Positions 1 to 13,507 of a stretch of DNA of 64,000 nt are shown in pieces (position 1 is the first letter of the stretch; the number at the start of each line of letters is the position of its first letter). The position numbers and the translations under genes are program-made. The stretch is from contig OZ024740.1 in assembly GCA_964016885.1 (NCBI GenBank), positions 413,106,001 to 413,170,000 of the forward strand. The letters run 5' to 3'. Under the pieces are notes generated by a model. It had not been told where the DNA came from, did not search any database, and saw nothing but the letters and a program-made list of their open reading frames with translations. The DNA is from Eledone cirrhosa. Lineage: Eukaryota.

Positions 1-99
1 GTCATGGTGTAAGCATCCTCAAACACTCCTTCCAGCAGATACTGCGAAGTGCAACCGTCTCCTATTATTCGGCTGGATCCACAAACGAGTCCAGACGAA

Positions 100-900
100 A
101 CCCGACCCCTGTGCTATGCCCGCAAAATATTTCCAGCGATTCTTTCTTGATTGATTCTACTCACATGCCTGTAGATTCGGAGATGTAATCTCTCAATTTA
201 GAGCAGTAGCAGCTCTACCTGGAGCAACACTCGGATTTCCAAGCTACCCACTCTATCGAGTAACGTCTCTGCAACAACCCTTAGGAGCTTAGGAGGAACT
301 CCCTTTTGGCTGCTTGTAATCGCGATAATTATCGTTCAATAGCTAAAATGCATGGCCATAGGTAAGATTTCACACGAATTGTGACTTGAAGATAGGAAGA
401 CTGGCTTTTCCACCTACCTCCTTTCATCTGATTACCTAATGCTTAAGCTGCCGCATTACTGCACCACATGTCTCAATTGTTGCACTTAATGCACCCTGTT
501 GCCTTCTATCACTCGAGATACCCGAAATTCTTCATCTGTTTCAGTAGAAGTCTATTCACATGCAGTGCACTGTGCAGGCTTCCTGGGTCGACGGGTGTCT
601 CAATCTTCGCATCACTGACTTTGCTCAAGTCGTGCTGCAAACCACATCACACCTATCATGTGCACGTCGAAGACCAACATCTGACGAGTTAAAACTATGT
701 CATCTTCAAATTTCTGCCAGCTGATTCTACACCCGCCGTTGGTGATGCCAATTCCGACCAGGCTACGCATCTCAATAATACAGTTCATGAATATTATGAC
801 GTAAATGGTGACAGTACGCATCCTTGGTGAAGTCTGACTTCGACATTTAATGATTTTGATTTAGCACCATTTATAGGTACACAAATATTTCACCCACCAT
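100..900 (-). mobile_element. Degraded RTE-clade LINE, RT and C-terminal remnant
   Basis: Minus-strand translation gives 'RISWQKFEDDIVL' (RT F/YADD region), 'LTYGH' and 'TLLDRV'. These are colinear with the better-preserved copy at 16712-17815. Confidence 0.75.
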
Positions 901-2532
901 TTCTCAAAGACCTGTTGCAGTGTGAATACCTGTCCGGCTGTAGCGAGTCACAGTCAAACATCCCACTGTTCACAAGCTAACTTTGATACGACAATCTTTC
1001 TACGTATCTTTGCCATACACGTGACATGGAATTTGTTGGGTAGGCTTTATAAGAAGACTCTTCTCTAATTGGGAACATTCTATCCTGTCTCCCATTTTGA
1101 AAATTGGGTTTATTACTCCCGATCGCTTTTGAGTTCCTGATCTAAATACGTATGAAAATGTCTGATTAGACCTCTGTTTTAGTAATGAGCTCTCTGTTAC
1201 GTACATGTTCTTCCAGCACAAACACATGAATAAATATAAATAGGATAAGGGAAATCAGGGACAGAGGTCAATAACTGATTTTCCTATTGTCTTTGATCTC
1301 TTCGATATCGTGCTGGATATTGGTGATCAAAAATAGGTTGTCAACCAATCACCATCTAGTTATCTGCATAATATGACTACCTAAAGCGAAGGAAGCCCAC
1401 AAAACTGGCAGGTCTTAGTCGACCTATTAGATGAAGGAATTCAGGACCATGTATTTGTGTATATAGATTTCGCCTGGACATAGCACACATCCGCATTTAT
1501 ACCTGTTTAAATGTATATATGTGCTTGCATATATATACATTTTTGTGTGTTTGTGTGTGTGTGCGTGTGTACGTGTGTGCGGGCGCGCGTGTATGTGTGT
1601 GTGTATTTGTGTGAGCGTATATGCATGCGTTTCTTATGTGAATGTATTCGTACATCGTAGTGTGTTTGCGGGCAAACATTGACTTCTTGTTAAGTAATTT
1701 GTGGTTTAATTAGATATTCTCTTATTTAAGTTATCAAATACAATAGTATAGTAAGTTGCAGATATTGTATCATACATTGTGTACGTGATGTACTGTGTGT
1801 AGTGCACAATTTGTATAGTATGGCAGTATAATGATTTATAATGTGTATAGCATAGCGTTATAATGCATACGTACTGCATTGTGTAATCTTCGAATAATAA
1901 TAGGACTAGCAAATATGGTTCGTTCTTAAAATTACTTTATTATCATCAGATGTATTAGGAAATTACATTTAATTCTGAATCAAGTATTCTAACACGGAAA
2001 ATTGATTTACGATACGAATCATAAAGCATAAAGCCATTGAAGATGTAAATCATTAATAATTATATCCTTATTCACGAACAAAGATTTTCCATGTAAATAT
2101 TACTATAAATTATAGCTAGTTAAATCTATAAATGTTTTATAAAATATATCAATAAAAAAACGAAGAAAAGCATGTAATATTTTAGTAAATATCGACAATG
2201 ACTTTGAATGTTTTTAGTGCAGAAACAATTTTAATTTTTTTTACTCTAGTTACCAAAGAATTGTCAAAGCTTTCACAATTGTCAGTGTTAATTTTCAGTT
2301 TTTGCTTGTTTCTATCTGCGTATATTTCAATGCATTTCTTCGTTTGCGAAATACGTAAACATCCTATTAGAAGGAGCTTCTAAATCAACTTTAAAACAAT
2401 CTTTTTTATCTATGAGCGAAGGAACGGCATATTGGCTATTGTAGTTACACCCACACCTTATCCATACGTAATGGCTGCCCATTTGTTATCGAGTATAGCC
2501 ATTGCACGATATACCATTATTAATAATTATTA

Positions 2533-3069
2533 ATTAATTCTATCGTGCAATGCTTGTGCGTGAAGATATTTTCTAAAGTGAGGAAAGACTGTGCACTGAG
2601 CCAATCCCACTCTCTGAGCGACAGTAACTATAATCCGAAAAGAAGAAAAGATCCCATCATCGGTAACTACTGAGCCGCAGGTTTTATATCGGAGTTATCC
2701 CAGTGTCTTGAGTTTCCTTCTCCTAGAAGAATGCGCTGACAAATTCTAGGGGTCCTTCACTCCCAGTGGTTTAACCGCGCGATCGAGTGTCCAATCCGAC
2801 GAATATACATACGCATGCATCCATGTATATACACATATACATTCATATGTACATGTATATATACATATTTACACATTTTCGGATGGCCGTTGACTCTTAT
2901 GAGTTCTTCCGCCCTTTGTCAGGTTTTGTTTTTTGTCCTGCAGGGTGTCAAAAATCCCCCTCCTCACCAAGTAAACATTAATTGTACTGTGAAATGCCTG
3001 CGTGAAGATATTTTTTAAAGTGAGGAAAGACTGTGCACTGAGCCAATCCCACTCTCTGAGCGAGAGTAA
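2533..3069. repeat. ~90-bp direct repeat pair (2533-2627 and 2978-3069)
   Basis: 'tgcgtgaagatatttt.taaagtgaggaaagactgtgcactgagccaatcccactctctgagcga.agtaa' occurs twice. Confidence 0.9.
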
Positions 3070-3327
3070 AATATATGTAAAACATTCCAAAGATTATGCA
3101 TCTAATAACTGCATATACACATATACAGATACAATGCACACATACAACTCAAAATATATACATCCACATATACAATAACATCCATACCTACACATGCATG
3201 CATACAGACATGCATACCTATCTACCAAGTTTATGTTGTGTAAATTCCAATGAGAGAGTCTTGTGTCTATGTTAGAAATCGACTCTCTCTCTGTTGGTAA
3301 AAATTTGTGAAATTATAAAACCAGAAG

Positions 3328-3448
<121 letters not shown>

Positions 3449-3674
3449 ATATGTGAGAAAAACCATAGACCCTCCAACTCAACTTTTGAAATGCAGAAGA
3501 ACTGCGAAACCGGTAAAGGAACCAAATAAATATATTTTTTTTTAAATAAGACTCCAGTTGCATTTTCGATATCATATTTTTTTCTTTATACTTTCAATCG
3601 TGTAGGACACTTCGGTTATTTTTCATTTTGTAAAAAAACCTCATTTTCTAATATATATATATATATATATTCAC

Positions 3675-3928
3675 AAGTATTCCAATACGGCAAGGCCTAA
3701 TTAATTCCCCTTGGAGTACGTACAATCTGGACATACTCCAGATACATATTTGTACACAGGTATACAATTTCTGGACACACTCCAGATACATGTGTACAAT
3801 TTGCGCACAAGTATACAATTTGTGCACAGGTATACAATTTCTGGACACACTCCAGATACATATTTGTGCACAGGTATTCCAATACGGCAAGGCCTAATGG
3901 ATCCCCCTTGCAGTACGTACAATCTGGT
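3675..3928. repeat. Compound minisatellite bounded by a ~52-bp direct repeat
   Basis: 'gtattccaatacggcaaggcctaat...agtacgtacaatctgg' at both ends, with internal 'tacaatttctggacacactccagataca' and 'tttgtgcacaggtatacaa' subunits. Confidence 0.85.
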
Positions 3929-4142
3929 ATTATGCCAATACTATATATCATTTCACACCTTTTATTATTAAGGTTTTTGATGTTCTATTGAGAGAATCAA
4001 TTTTACTGAAAATATCGAATAATGTACACCATTTTACCAGAAATAAATTCAGGTCCACCCACACACACACCCCCACACACATTCTCACACACACACATAT
4101 ATACACACACACATACACACGCATACATTAACATACAAAGAG

Positions 4143-4176
<34 letters not shown>

Positions 4177-4349
4177 TTCTCCGTATAAGACAAGAGCTGA
4201 AAAATATCTGTTAACATGTTAAAGTATCCCCCACACACTTACAGACACATTCCTACTGACCATCCCTCTACACGAATTACTCTGCTACACACACACACAC
4301 ACAAACACACACACATATTTGTTGTGAAAGACTTATTTCTCAGTCAGCC

Positions 4350-4713
4350 GACACAAACCTACATTTGGCGCAAAATCAATTTTTTACATTCACATGGCCT
4401 CTACCGACCGATCAAAATTGTTTTGACCACAATAATTTTTGCAACAGGAATTGGCGCAAAACTTATTTTAATACCGCTGGAGCCACTTTTTTAACATAAA
4501 AACAGGTAGAATTCCCAAAACTAATCAGATCAGAGCAAACATCACGGACGCTCTATTTCAAAATTATTTTTGAAAAGCACTAGAAATGCGCAACCGGTAA
4601 AACTTAAAACCAAAACTGAATACTAACCAATGCTATTACTAATTCTCACTTATTCCTAATTAAACTATTTTTCACTGTGAACAATTTGTCAGCATTTTCT
4701 ATTCCGTTTACCA
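4350..4713. mobile_element. Unclassified dispersed repeat, copy 1 (inverted homologue of 18682-19099)
   Basis: Colinear reverse-complement similarity (e.g. caaacctacatttggcgc, atgcgcaaccggtaaaa, aatttgtcagcattt). The same end abuts (TA)n in both copies. Confidence 0.85.
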
Positions 4714-4744
<31 letters not shown>

Positions 4745-5081
4745 TATATATATATATAATTATATATATATATATACATATATATCCAGGGAGTGTTTTG
4801 GATGTATAATCATTTTTTCATTACCATTATAAGGTGTCTGACGAGCCGTGGTCTGCAGGGTCAGGCTGGATCGATACAGATGGAACCATCAGCTGATCAG
4901 TGGCAAAAGGAGTAACCACTCGTCCTTGTTTTATTTTATTTTAATATATATATCCATATATATATATATATATATATATAGGTTTTAATATAGATGAGAT
5001 TCTACAGGACTAGAACTGTTTCATTCTTTAGAAATCATCAGGAATCTCTTTGTGGTTACCTCCGACTCAACCCGGAATAAC

Positions 5082-5125
<44 letters not shown>

Positions 5126-6262
5126 ATTGGGGGAGGGCGGAGTGGGGTTTATAAATCTGTATATGGGTGAATACGCGTGTCTGTAAGGTCGTTGAAACGA
5201 CATAGAAGTCTGAAGTAGCCACCCAACGGTTAAATATCGAGGTCTCTGTCAAACATTTGCTTCCATGCACCTGAGTGGCTCAGCGTCTCGGCGTTTGCGT
5301 GTCTGGACCATACAAATACTGTTGCAGCTTGCTGTTGACGAGTTCCGTCTACATCTGCTACTATGTTGCCATAGCTTAAGTCGGTTCTTCCTATGCGCCG
5401 CTCTTAACGACATCATCAGAGGGTGCTTCGAGGTATCTGGCTTCTTGTCAACTGGAACCCATTGGTGATATCCTTGTTGATGTTAAGCGCCCTGGCGGAA
5501 TAAACCTCTTCCCAATCGAGGAAGGTAAATCCCTAATGTTGGACTTCACGTGTTGTAAATCGTTCTCTGCAAACCTCAGACCCGCAGTCCACAATGCCGG
5601 AGAGTAGAAGATAACTAAATTTCGGGCCTTACCCAACCGCTTCCTTCATGTACCTGTAAATGTTAAGACCTCAATCATCCAAGATTCCGCAGTGATGATT
5701 TCCTTCGTAAAATTGGAAAGAAAGCAGCTCACCTGAAGAAGGCCTCCCTTGAAGCAAGGTCGCTGTCACATCGAGTGGCCAATCTCCCCCGCAATGCCAT
5801 TGCCAATTTATAAAATAGATGTAGCTGCGGTGTTGGAGTCTTTCGATCTCCCCGTTTCTTTTGTTACTTCATTCCTTTTTTCTAACACTTATTCCTCTTT
5901 TCCTTTTATGGTAAAAAGCGTAAAGCTGAATTGCAAAGAACGGCATAAATTTGAGATAAAATTCAGAAAACTTATTTTATGTAAAGACAGGAGTAATACT
6001 GAGGTTGTAGGATATATTTTATATTTCATTGATGCAATACTTAAAGTTAAGAAACCTACAGGTATTCAAAGATATAATCTAAGTAATAAACTGAAAATGT
6101 CGTTAGCATTGAAGTAGCAATCGATAATTTCATCTACCCTGTCTCACTTCCATTTGTTTACCTGGCTAGTCTGTGATTTATCCGTCTATTTCTGTCTTCA
6201 TGCAGATTTACAATAAACACACAGACAGACACAGGCACAGACACGCACACACGCACACACAC

Positions 6263-6301
<39 letters not shown>

Positions 6302-6387
6302 GGAAATGTGGTAAGGAACCAGAAGCCCCATAACCCGCCAGAGTACTCAATACTTGGGTATTAGAGTGGGTAATAGGAAAATGTTCC

Positions 6388-6480
6388 AGACCCCTACGGC
6401 AGAGCTCAAGCCGTTTCGATGACTATTTCAGGAGTACTGAAATAGCCGTCGAAACGATTTGAGCTCTGCCGTCGGGTTCT
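6388..6480. repeat. Near-perfect hairpin (core arms 6396-6431 and 6437-6472, loop gagta)
   Basis: acggcagagctcaagccgtttcgatgactatttcag pairs with ctgaaatagccgtcgaaacgatttgagctctgccgt. Confidence 0.92.
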
Positions 6481-6486
6481 TGAATA

Positions 6487-6536
<50 letters not shown>

Positions 6537-6809
6537 GGATGTAATCATACAGTTATATCTGTATAGAGACACGTGTATAACCGAATACTAATTTACATAT
6601 AATTATAGTACGTTTTGGTAATTAATAAAGATATGTTTAAGGAAGTGCCTCAGCAGACGAAATTTATGATATAGTTACTTGTATATAAATCCAGATTGAG
6701 TAACCGTGACTGCACCAACGTGTATGAATATATACATATATTTATTATGTAGACATAAAAACATGTGATAAATACGAATTTAATAGTAAAATGGAAATAT
6801 GATGAATAG

Positions 6810-6850
6810 ATTTAATCGATTTTCGTATCTAATTTCACCTCCATCAGAAG
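6810..6850 (-). ncRNA. Degenerate minimal hammerhead-like motif 3' of the old PLE
   Basis: Minus strand reads ctgatgga-ggtg...tac-gaaa-atcgat-ta, with palindromic stem III aatcgatt. The core deviates from CUGANGA. Confidence 0.4.
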
Positions 6851-7099
6851 ACGTGTATATCAACCAATCAACCAGAAGGAAACATGTATTTATACAGATA
6901 TAACTGTATCATACACTTCGATTGTTAGCGGAATTCTTAATATATAACTTAATTACCAATGCGATCGCTGTATATATGACAATTCGAATGACCATTTTAT
7001 AATGATACTAAAAGGGGAAAAAAATGATGTCTGCATCAGTAAAGCAAAAGGGAAAAGGAACGAAACGATGTCATGTAGTGTTGGAATGGGGAAATTATG

Positions 7100-8320
7100 G
7101 TAGTATTTCTCGTGAAAACTAAATATACCTATTGATATGTAAATACCCCACGGAGACCTCGTTCTTTAAGTTGAAGTATGTGTTTCATGACTTCAATACT
7201 TTGAGTACCGATTTCTCACTGATGCAAAGAGAACAAATCTTTGCTCCGTTAATATATATTTATTTGCCAGAATCATCCTGTAAAGGTCAGGGCCTAATGA
7301 ACGAAGTATGTGAGTAGAATCATTCAGTAAATCGTTCATAATACCAACATATATGTGTTTGGTTGGTGGTATCAAGTGCAAATTCAGTCTCATATACTAT
7401 AGACCTAATGCTACAGTTCCGTTGCAAACGGCAATCTTTCTTTAACTTGCAAGAACATCCTGGATGTTTTGGGGGGTTTGTTAGCAGCTATTGGCCTCAC
7501 GGAGTGGTGGCAAGAAAGGTTTCCCTTCAAGGAGTGTCTACTAAATATTTTGCTATACCTATGTTGTAGGGAAAACTATGTATCTGCCAGGTCTAAGTAC
7601 TAATTACAGTCACCACTGAGAATATTAATTATATTATACAGAATCTACGTATTATCACAGGCGCCGTTTGATAACGCCAGTCTCCACAATTGTAATGGTT
7701 GATGCGGTCCGTGTTTGATTTACGAAATATAATAAAGCGGGTCGGGGGTTGTTTTAACAGTAAATGTGTTTGCAGGTCAGTGTTTGGTTAATGAGTAGGG
7801 AAATCAAAGAATGTTTTTCCCACATTAATATTTGCATTTAGACATTAGCAGGCTTTGAACCAGCTTATTTTTGTAATCATAGTCTTAAGCCTGTTGTGTG
7901 AGAGAGTTATTACATACTCTTGTTTTTAAACTACAATCTAAGGGAGACATGTTGCAATACGCCGCTGCCTTCTCGAATGTCTTGTTAGTGGATGATGTTA
8001 GCGATCCTACGACTAATACTAGGGACTAAATTTTACAAAGAACTATTCACTATTAATATGTTGAAATTTTTGATTTTCCTTAGGTTTATGTCAGGGTTTA
8101 TAAGAACTAATTTTATAGCCTAGAGTGCTGCAATAATCTATTTAATCGTTACGAGACTTTTCCAGGACATGGCCATTCCAATTAAGTGTTAAAGAAATGC
8201 CATCGTCTAGGTTTATACTTATAGTGTGGTTGGGAAATTTAATCTTATCTGTATGTAGAATATAGAAGCCAACAGTGTCGTACTCATCAGAGCTAACATA
8301 TAACAACATATATATATATA
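7100..8320 (-). pseudogene. Highly degraded PLE RT + GIY-YIG (Naiad-like motifs)
   Basis: Fragments in the correct order across frames: 'VGFYILH..NLDDGI', 'YKP*HKP', 'LVPSISRRIA', 'FEKAAAYCN', 'GCSCK..C..NC.IRSIVY' and 'IYVG'. Many stops and frameshifts. The clade call is tentative. Confidence 0.7.
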
Positions 8321-8546
8321 TCAATATAATACTCCATAATAAACAGAAAAGATTTCCTGGAATAAGTAATTCTTTTGAATTCCAGGTCGCTAATATAACA
8401 GAAAATACGAGCTAGATTGTAAAGCCTAAAATAATTCAGGCCTAGAGGTAGAAGTGTAAAAGACTACTATATCAAAATGTGTGAAACCAGCCCTATTTTT
8501 CGAAGGAATATCTCTGAATCGGGATATGACAGATGGAGTGTTCTGC

Positions 8547-9494
8547 GACAGTAAGAGGAAAATATAAATAGGGGGAACGAGCGAGACAGTAAACAAACAT
8601 GCTACTCCCTCTCCTACTTCCTCCCGTTTGACCTGTGCGAGATTCTTTCCTCACTCACATTTCGACCAGGTCGGATGGTCTTTATTCTCTCTCGTCTACG
8701 ATTTCACAGAACTTATGTTCATCGATTTCAGGGACTTGACTCCTTCTTCCTCACTTTTCGTTGCATTACCATCTTTGTTTGTTTACTGTCTCGCTCGTTC
8801 CCCCTATTTACGTGTCCCAACGACTTTCTTTAGCCGTTGCTCGCACCAACCAGAGGTATATGGTATTTAAAGCGATGAAATACCAAGGAAGGCTGGAAGA
8901 TCACTGATGAAGGACTAAATTGATTCATATGTAACCCATTTGCAACCAGGCAGCACGCCATGTTTTCATATTTATTATATATATTTTCCTCCGCTGTCAT
9001 CCGTCTGTTTCTTTCTTACTGATTCCCCATTTCTCTGTATCTCTCACTTCCTTTTACCCCCTCTACCAGTCACTCTCTCTGTTAGCCTCTTCCTCACACT
9101 TTCACTCACTCACTCTCTGCTACTCCATCTCTTGCTTCCTCCCGTTTGACCTGTGCGAGATTCTTTCCTCACTCACACTTCGACCAGGTCGGATGGTCTT
9201 TATTCTCTCCCGTCTACGAATTCACAGAACTTATGTTCATCGATTTCAGGGACTTGACTCCTTCTTCCTCACTTTTCGTTGCATTACCATCTTTGTTTGT
9301 TTACTGTCTCGCTCGTTCCCCCTATTTACGTGTCCCAACGACTTTCTCTAGCCGTTGCTCGCACCAACCAGAGGTATATGGTCTTTAAAGCGATGAAATA
9401 CCAATGAAGGCTGGAAGATCACTGATGAAGGACTAAATTGATTCATATGTAACCCATTTGCAACCTCGCAGCACGCCATGTTTTCATATTTTTC

Positions 9495-9497
<3 letters not shown>
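8547..9497 (+). mobile_element. Non-coding 518-bp-unit element, ~1.7 head-to-tail copies with 5' inverted fragments (locus A)
   Basis: 8600-8972 repeats at 9118-9490 (offset 518). 8565-8599 is the reverse complement of ~8776-8810. Ends in (TA)n. Homologous to 27323-28357. Confidence 0.85.
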
Positions 9498-9655
<158 letters not shown>

Positions 9656-9689
9656 CGCCACACTCGCTATATATATATATATGTATGTT

Positions 9690-9951
9690 TGAGCACCCTT
9701 TGGTCACGAATTAACATGGGATTTGCACCCGGAAAGTTTCGCTCCTAGGTACAAGTCCAGCAGTCGCCCGTGCATACCAGCCTCCCCTGTCCACGCCACG
9801 GATGATGTCCGAGGGAAGGCAATAGCCGATACAACTTGGCGTCGCAAGCTATAATACAGTGTCTTGCTCAAGGACACAATGTATCTCCTGGTCCGAGAAT
9901 TGAACTCACAACCTTCCGATTGCAAGCGCAATCAATACTCTAACCACGCCA

Positions 9952-9955
<4 letters not shown>
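9690..9955 (-). mobile_element. tRNA-derived SINE
   Basis: Minus strand has A-box-like tggcgtggttag and B-box gagttcaattc, followed by gtgtccttgagcaagacact, a motif common in metazoan SINE bodies. Flanked by (TA)n. Confidence 0.8.
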
Positions 9956-10016
<61 letters not shown>

Positions 10017-10130
10017 GTTAGAATATGTGTAATAAGGCCAAGACAATGCAGATATGGACATAGAAAAAAGAATGCAATAGTGAGAGATATTGATGAGAAT
10101 TCGTCTTTCACCTTGAATTTATTTAAATGT

Positions 10131-10165
10131 CCTTAATTTTCGAGATAATATCTCTTCTTCGGAGG
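10131..10165 (-). ncRNA. Minimal type I hammerhead ribozyme (PLE-1 3' pLTR)
   Basis: cct-CCGAAGA-a-gagat(att)atctc-GAAA-a-TTA-agg. CCGA variant of the CUGA core; palindromic aatt stem III. Confidence 0.7.
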
Positions 10166-10547
10166 GAAGTAAAAGTCTCAGACCAGCGTCTAAATTTCCA
10201 ATGAAGCCATGCTGACCGGAAATAGTATAGAGTTCTAACTTTAATATCAAAGAATTAAAATTAGGTGGGTAAAGAGTAGTCTCCCTTTAAGAGGGGTTTG
10301 TTTATGTTTTTGTTGTGTTTTTTTAAATTTTATATGCGCGCCTGTATATGTGTGTGGGAGAAAGCATGAAGGTGTAGGTATGTGGGTGTGTGTGTGTGAG
10401 TGTGGGAAGATAGGTCTAATCGTAAAAGTGGGGGGTAGGTGTTATCTGGTGTTAGAACTGGTTTTGTGTGTGTATGTGTGAGAGAGAATAAGTGGAGGTG
10501 TGCGCGTGCGTGTGTGTGGGGTGTGTAAAGTGGGGCTAGAGGCCCTA

Positions 10548-11901
10548 TCAGGTTATAAATTGGGTGTTGAGCTCTAGTCTATTATTGATTGGTTGATGTG
10601 TTCTATCTATAATGAGTGCTTCCTTGATTCTAAGATTGCCGAGGTTTCTTTCCTTAGTTTCTATCCTAACTGTTATGTTTTTATCAGTGTTTTTGCATTT
10701 AACTAGGTGTTTCTTAAATGAGGAAGCGTTAGTATTGAGGTGTTCTTTTATTCTTATGTGGAGTGGTCTGGTGGTACTACCTACGTAGAAGTTGTTGCAT
10801 TTGTCACACTCTAGTCTGTAAACTACGTAAGCCTGGTGGCATAGGTCTGTGTCGTTGATGGGGCAGTTGGCTAGTCTGCAGCAGTTGTCATGTCTGGTGG
10901 AGTGTCTCTTAGCTAGCCGTCCACGCAAAGAAGGACCCGAATGGGCCAGTTGAATATCCAGACATTCTCGTCTGATGGCTCTGCGGATGGCTGTTGTTGT
11001 TTCTTCACTGAAGTGTGGGAGCTTCAGGAAGCAAGTGTTAGTGCCTCGGGTGTGGTGTCCTCTGTTCTTTCTGGCACGGTTTGTGGTGGATGTCGTGTAT
11101 CCGTTCAGTTTGAGTACTTCCAGGAAATGTGTGGTGTGTGTGTCTCGGTCTCTGGCGTCGGTGCATTTGTTCTTGATACGTGCCAGTTCGTTCTTTATGT
11201 ATCCGAACTTGGCACCGAGTGGGAGGGCCGATCTGAAATGTACGAACAGGTCCCTGCTGGCGGATTTTTTATAGAAGCAGGTGTGGATGTTGCCTTCCTC
11301 TGTTACCCTGAGTTGGAAGTCCAGCAGGGATAGGGATCCGCGGTCATCGGGGTGTTCTATGCTGAACTTTATACTGGCGTCCATGCTGGAGAATGTTGTG
11401 TATATTTTCTCTGCCTCCTCACGGGATGATGTAAGGATGAGTATGTCATCTACATATCGGGTGAAGAAAGCATGGGAATGGCAGGTGTTGAGGGCTCGGC
11501 ATTCTAGCTGGTTCATGTAAGTGATGGCCAGCAGGCCAGAGAGGCTGGATCCCATGGGTAATCCTGTTGTCTGTCTGTATGTGTGGTGGTGGAAGGTGAA
11601 GTACGTGTTGTCTACTGTGAAGGACAAAAGTTGGTGTATGTCCGTCGGGTGGAGGCCGTAGCAGTGGATGTTCTCTGCGACCACGCAGTCCGTCAATAAA
11701 TCGACAGCTGGGTGAGCGGCGATTGTAGTGTAGAGGGAGACAACGTCGAGGCTAAAAGCGTATTTATTAAGTTTAAGTTGTTCTGGCTGGAGTTGGTGTA
11801 ATCTACGTATAACTTCGTCGGAGCTACTGACATGTCCGGGGAAGGTGGAGAGTAGAGGCTTGAGGACCTGGGAGAGAAGCCAGGAAATTTTGTATATTGC
11901 A
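10548..11901 (-). CDS. PLE reverse transcriptase + GIY-YIG endonuclease (5'-truncated, uninterrupted)
   Basis: Motifs SLDVVSLYT, GLPMGSSLS, RYVDDI, LLDF, a Cys-rich linker, and VVYRLECDKCNNFYVGST..R..EH. The predicted start lies in the inverted segment and is artefactual. Confidence 0.93.
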
Positions 11902-12100
11902 CTTTCTCCCACACACATATACAGGCACGCATATAAAATTTAAAAAAACACAACAAAAACATAAACAAACCTCTCTTAAAGGGAGACTACTCTTTACCCA
12001 CCTAATTTTAATTCTTTGATATTAAAGTTAGAACTCTATACTATTTCCGGTCAGCATGGCTTCATTGGAAATTTAGACGCTGGTCTGAGACTTTTACTTC

Positions 12101-12135
12101 CCTCCGAAGAAGAGATATTATCTCGAAAATTAAGG
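12101..12135 (+). ncRNA. Minimal hammerhead (inverted pLTR copy of PLE-1)
   Basis: Identical motif in the opposite orientation. Confidence 0.7.
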
Positions 12136-12294
12136 ACATTTAAATAAATTCAAGGTGAAAGACGAATTCTCATCAATATCTCTCACTATTGCATTCTTTT
12201 TTCTATGTCCATATCTGCATTGTCTTGGCCTTATTACACATATTCTAACGTTTATACCTCATTACACAATGCTTCAAGTGAACTATAACCTCCT

Positions 12295-13507
<1,213 letters not shown>

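Larger units (their letters stand above)
10010..12256 (-). mobile_element. PLE-1: 5'-truncated Penelope-like element with inverted pseudo-LTR
   Basis: RT + GIY-YIG ORF. 10010-10364 is the near-perfect reverse complement of 11902-12256. Embedded in (TA)n. Confidence 0.95.

Noticed and set aside
4835-4880. CTGACGAG motif as a hammerhead
   Set aside because: No properly placed GAAA or stem III; at best a decayed remnant.
5725-5770. CTGAAGAAGGCC motif as a hammerhead
   Set aside because: Stem II is possible but GAAA is absent.
5749-6117. 122-aa ORF as a host exon
   Set aside because: No recognisable domain, a non-ATG start, and non-coding-like composition.
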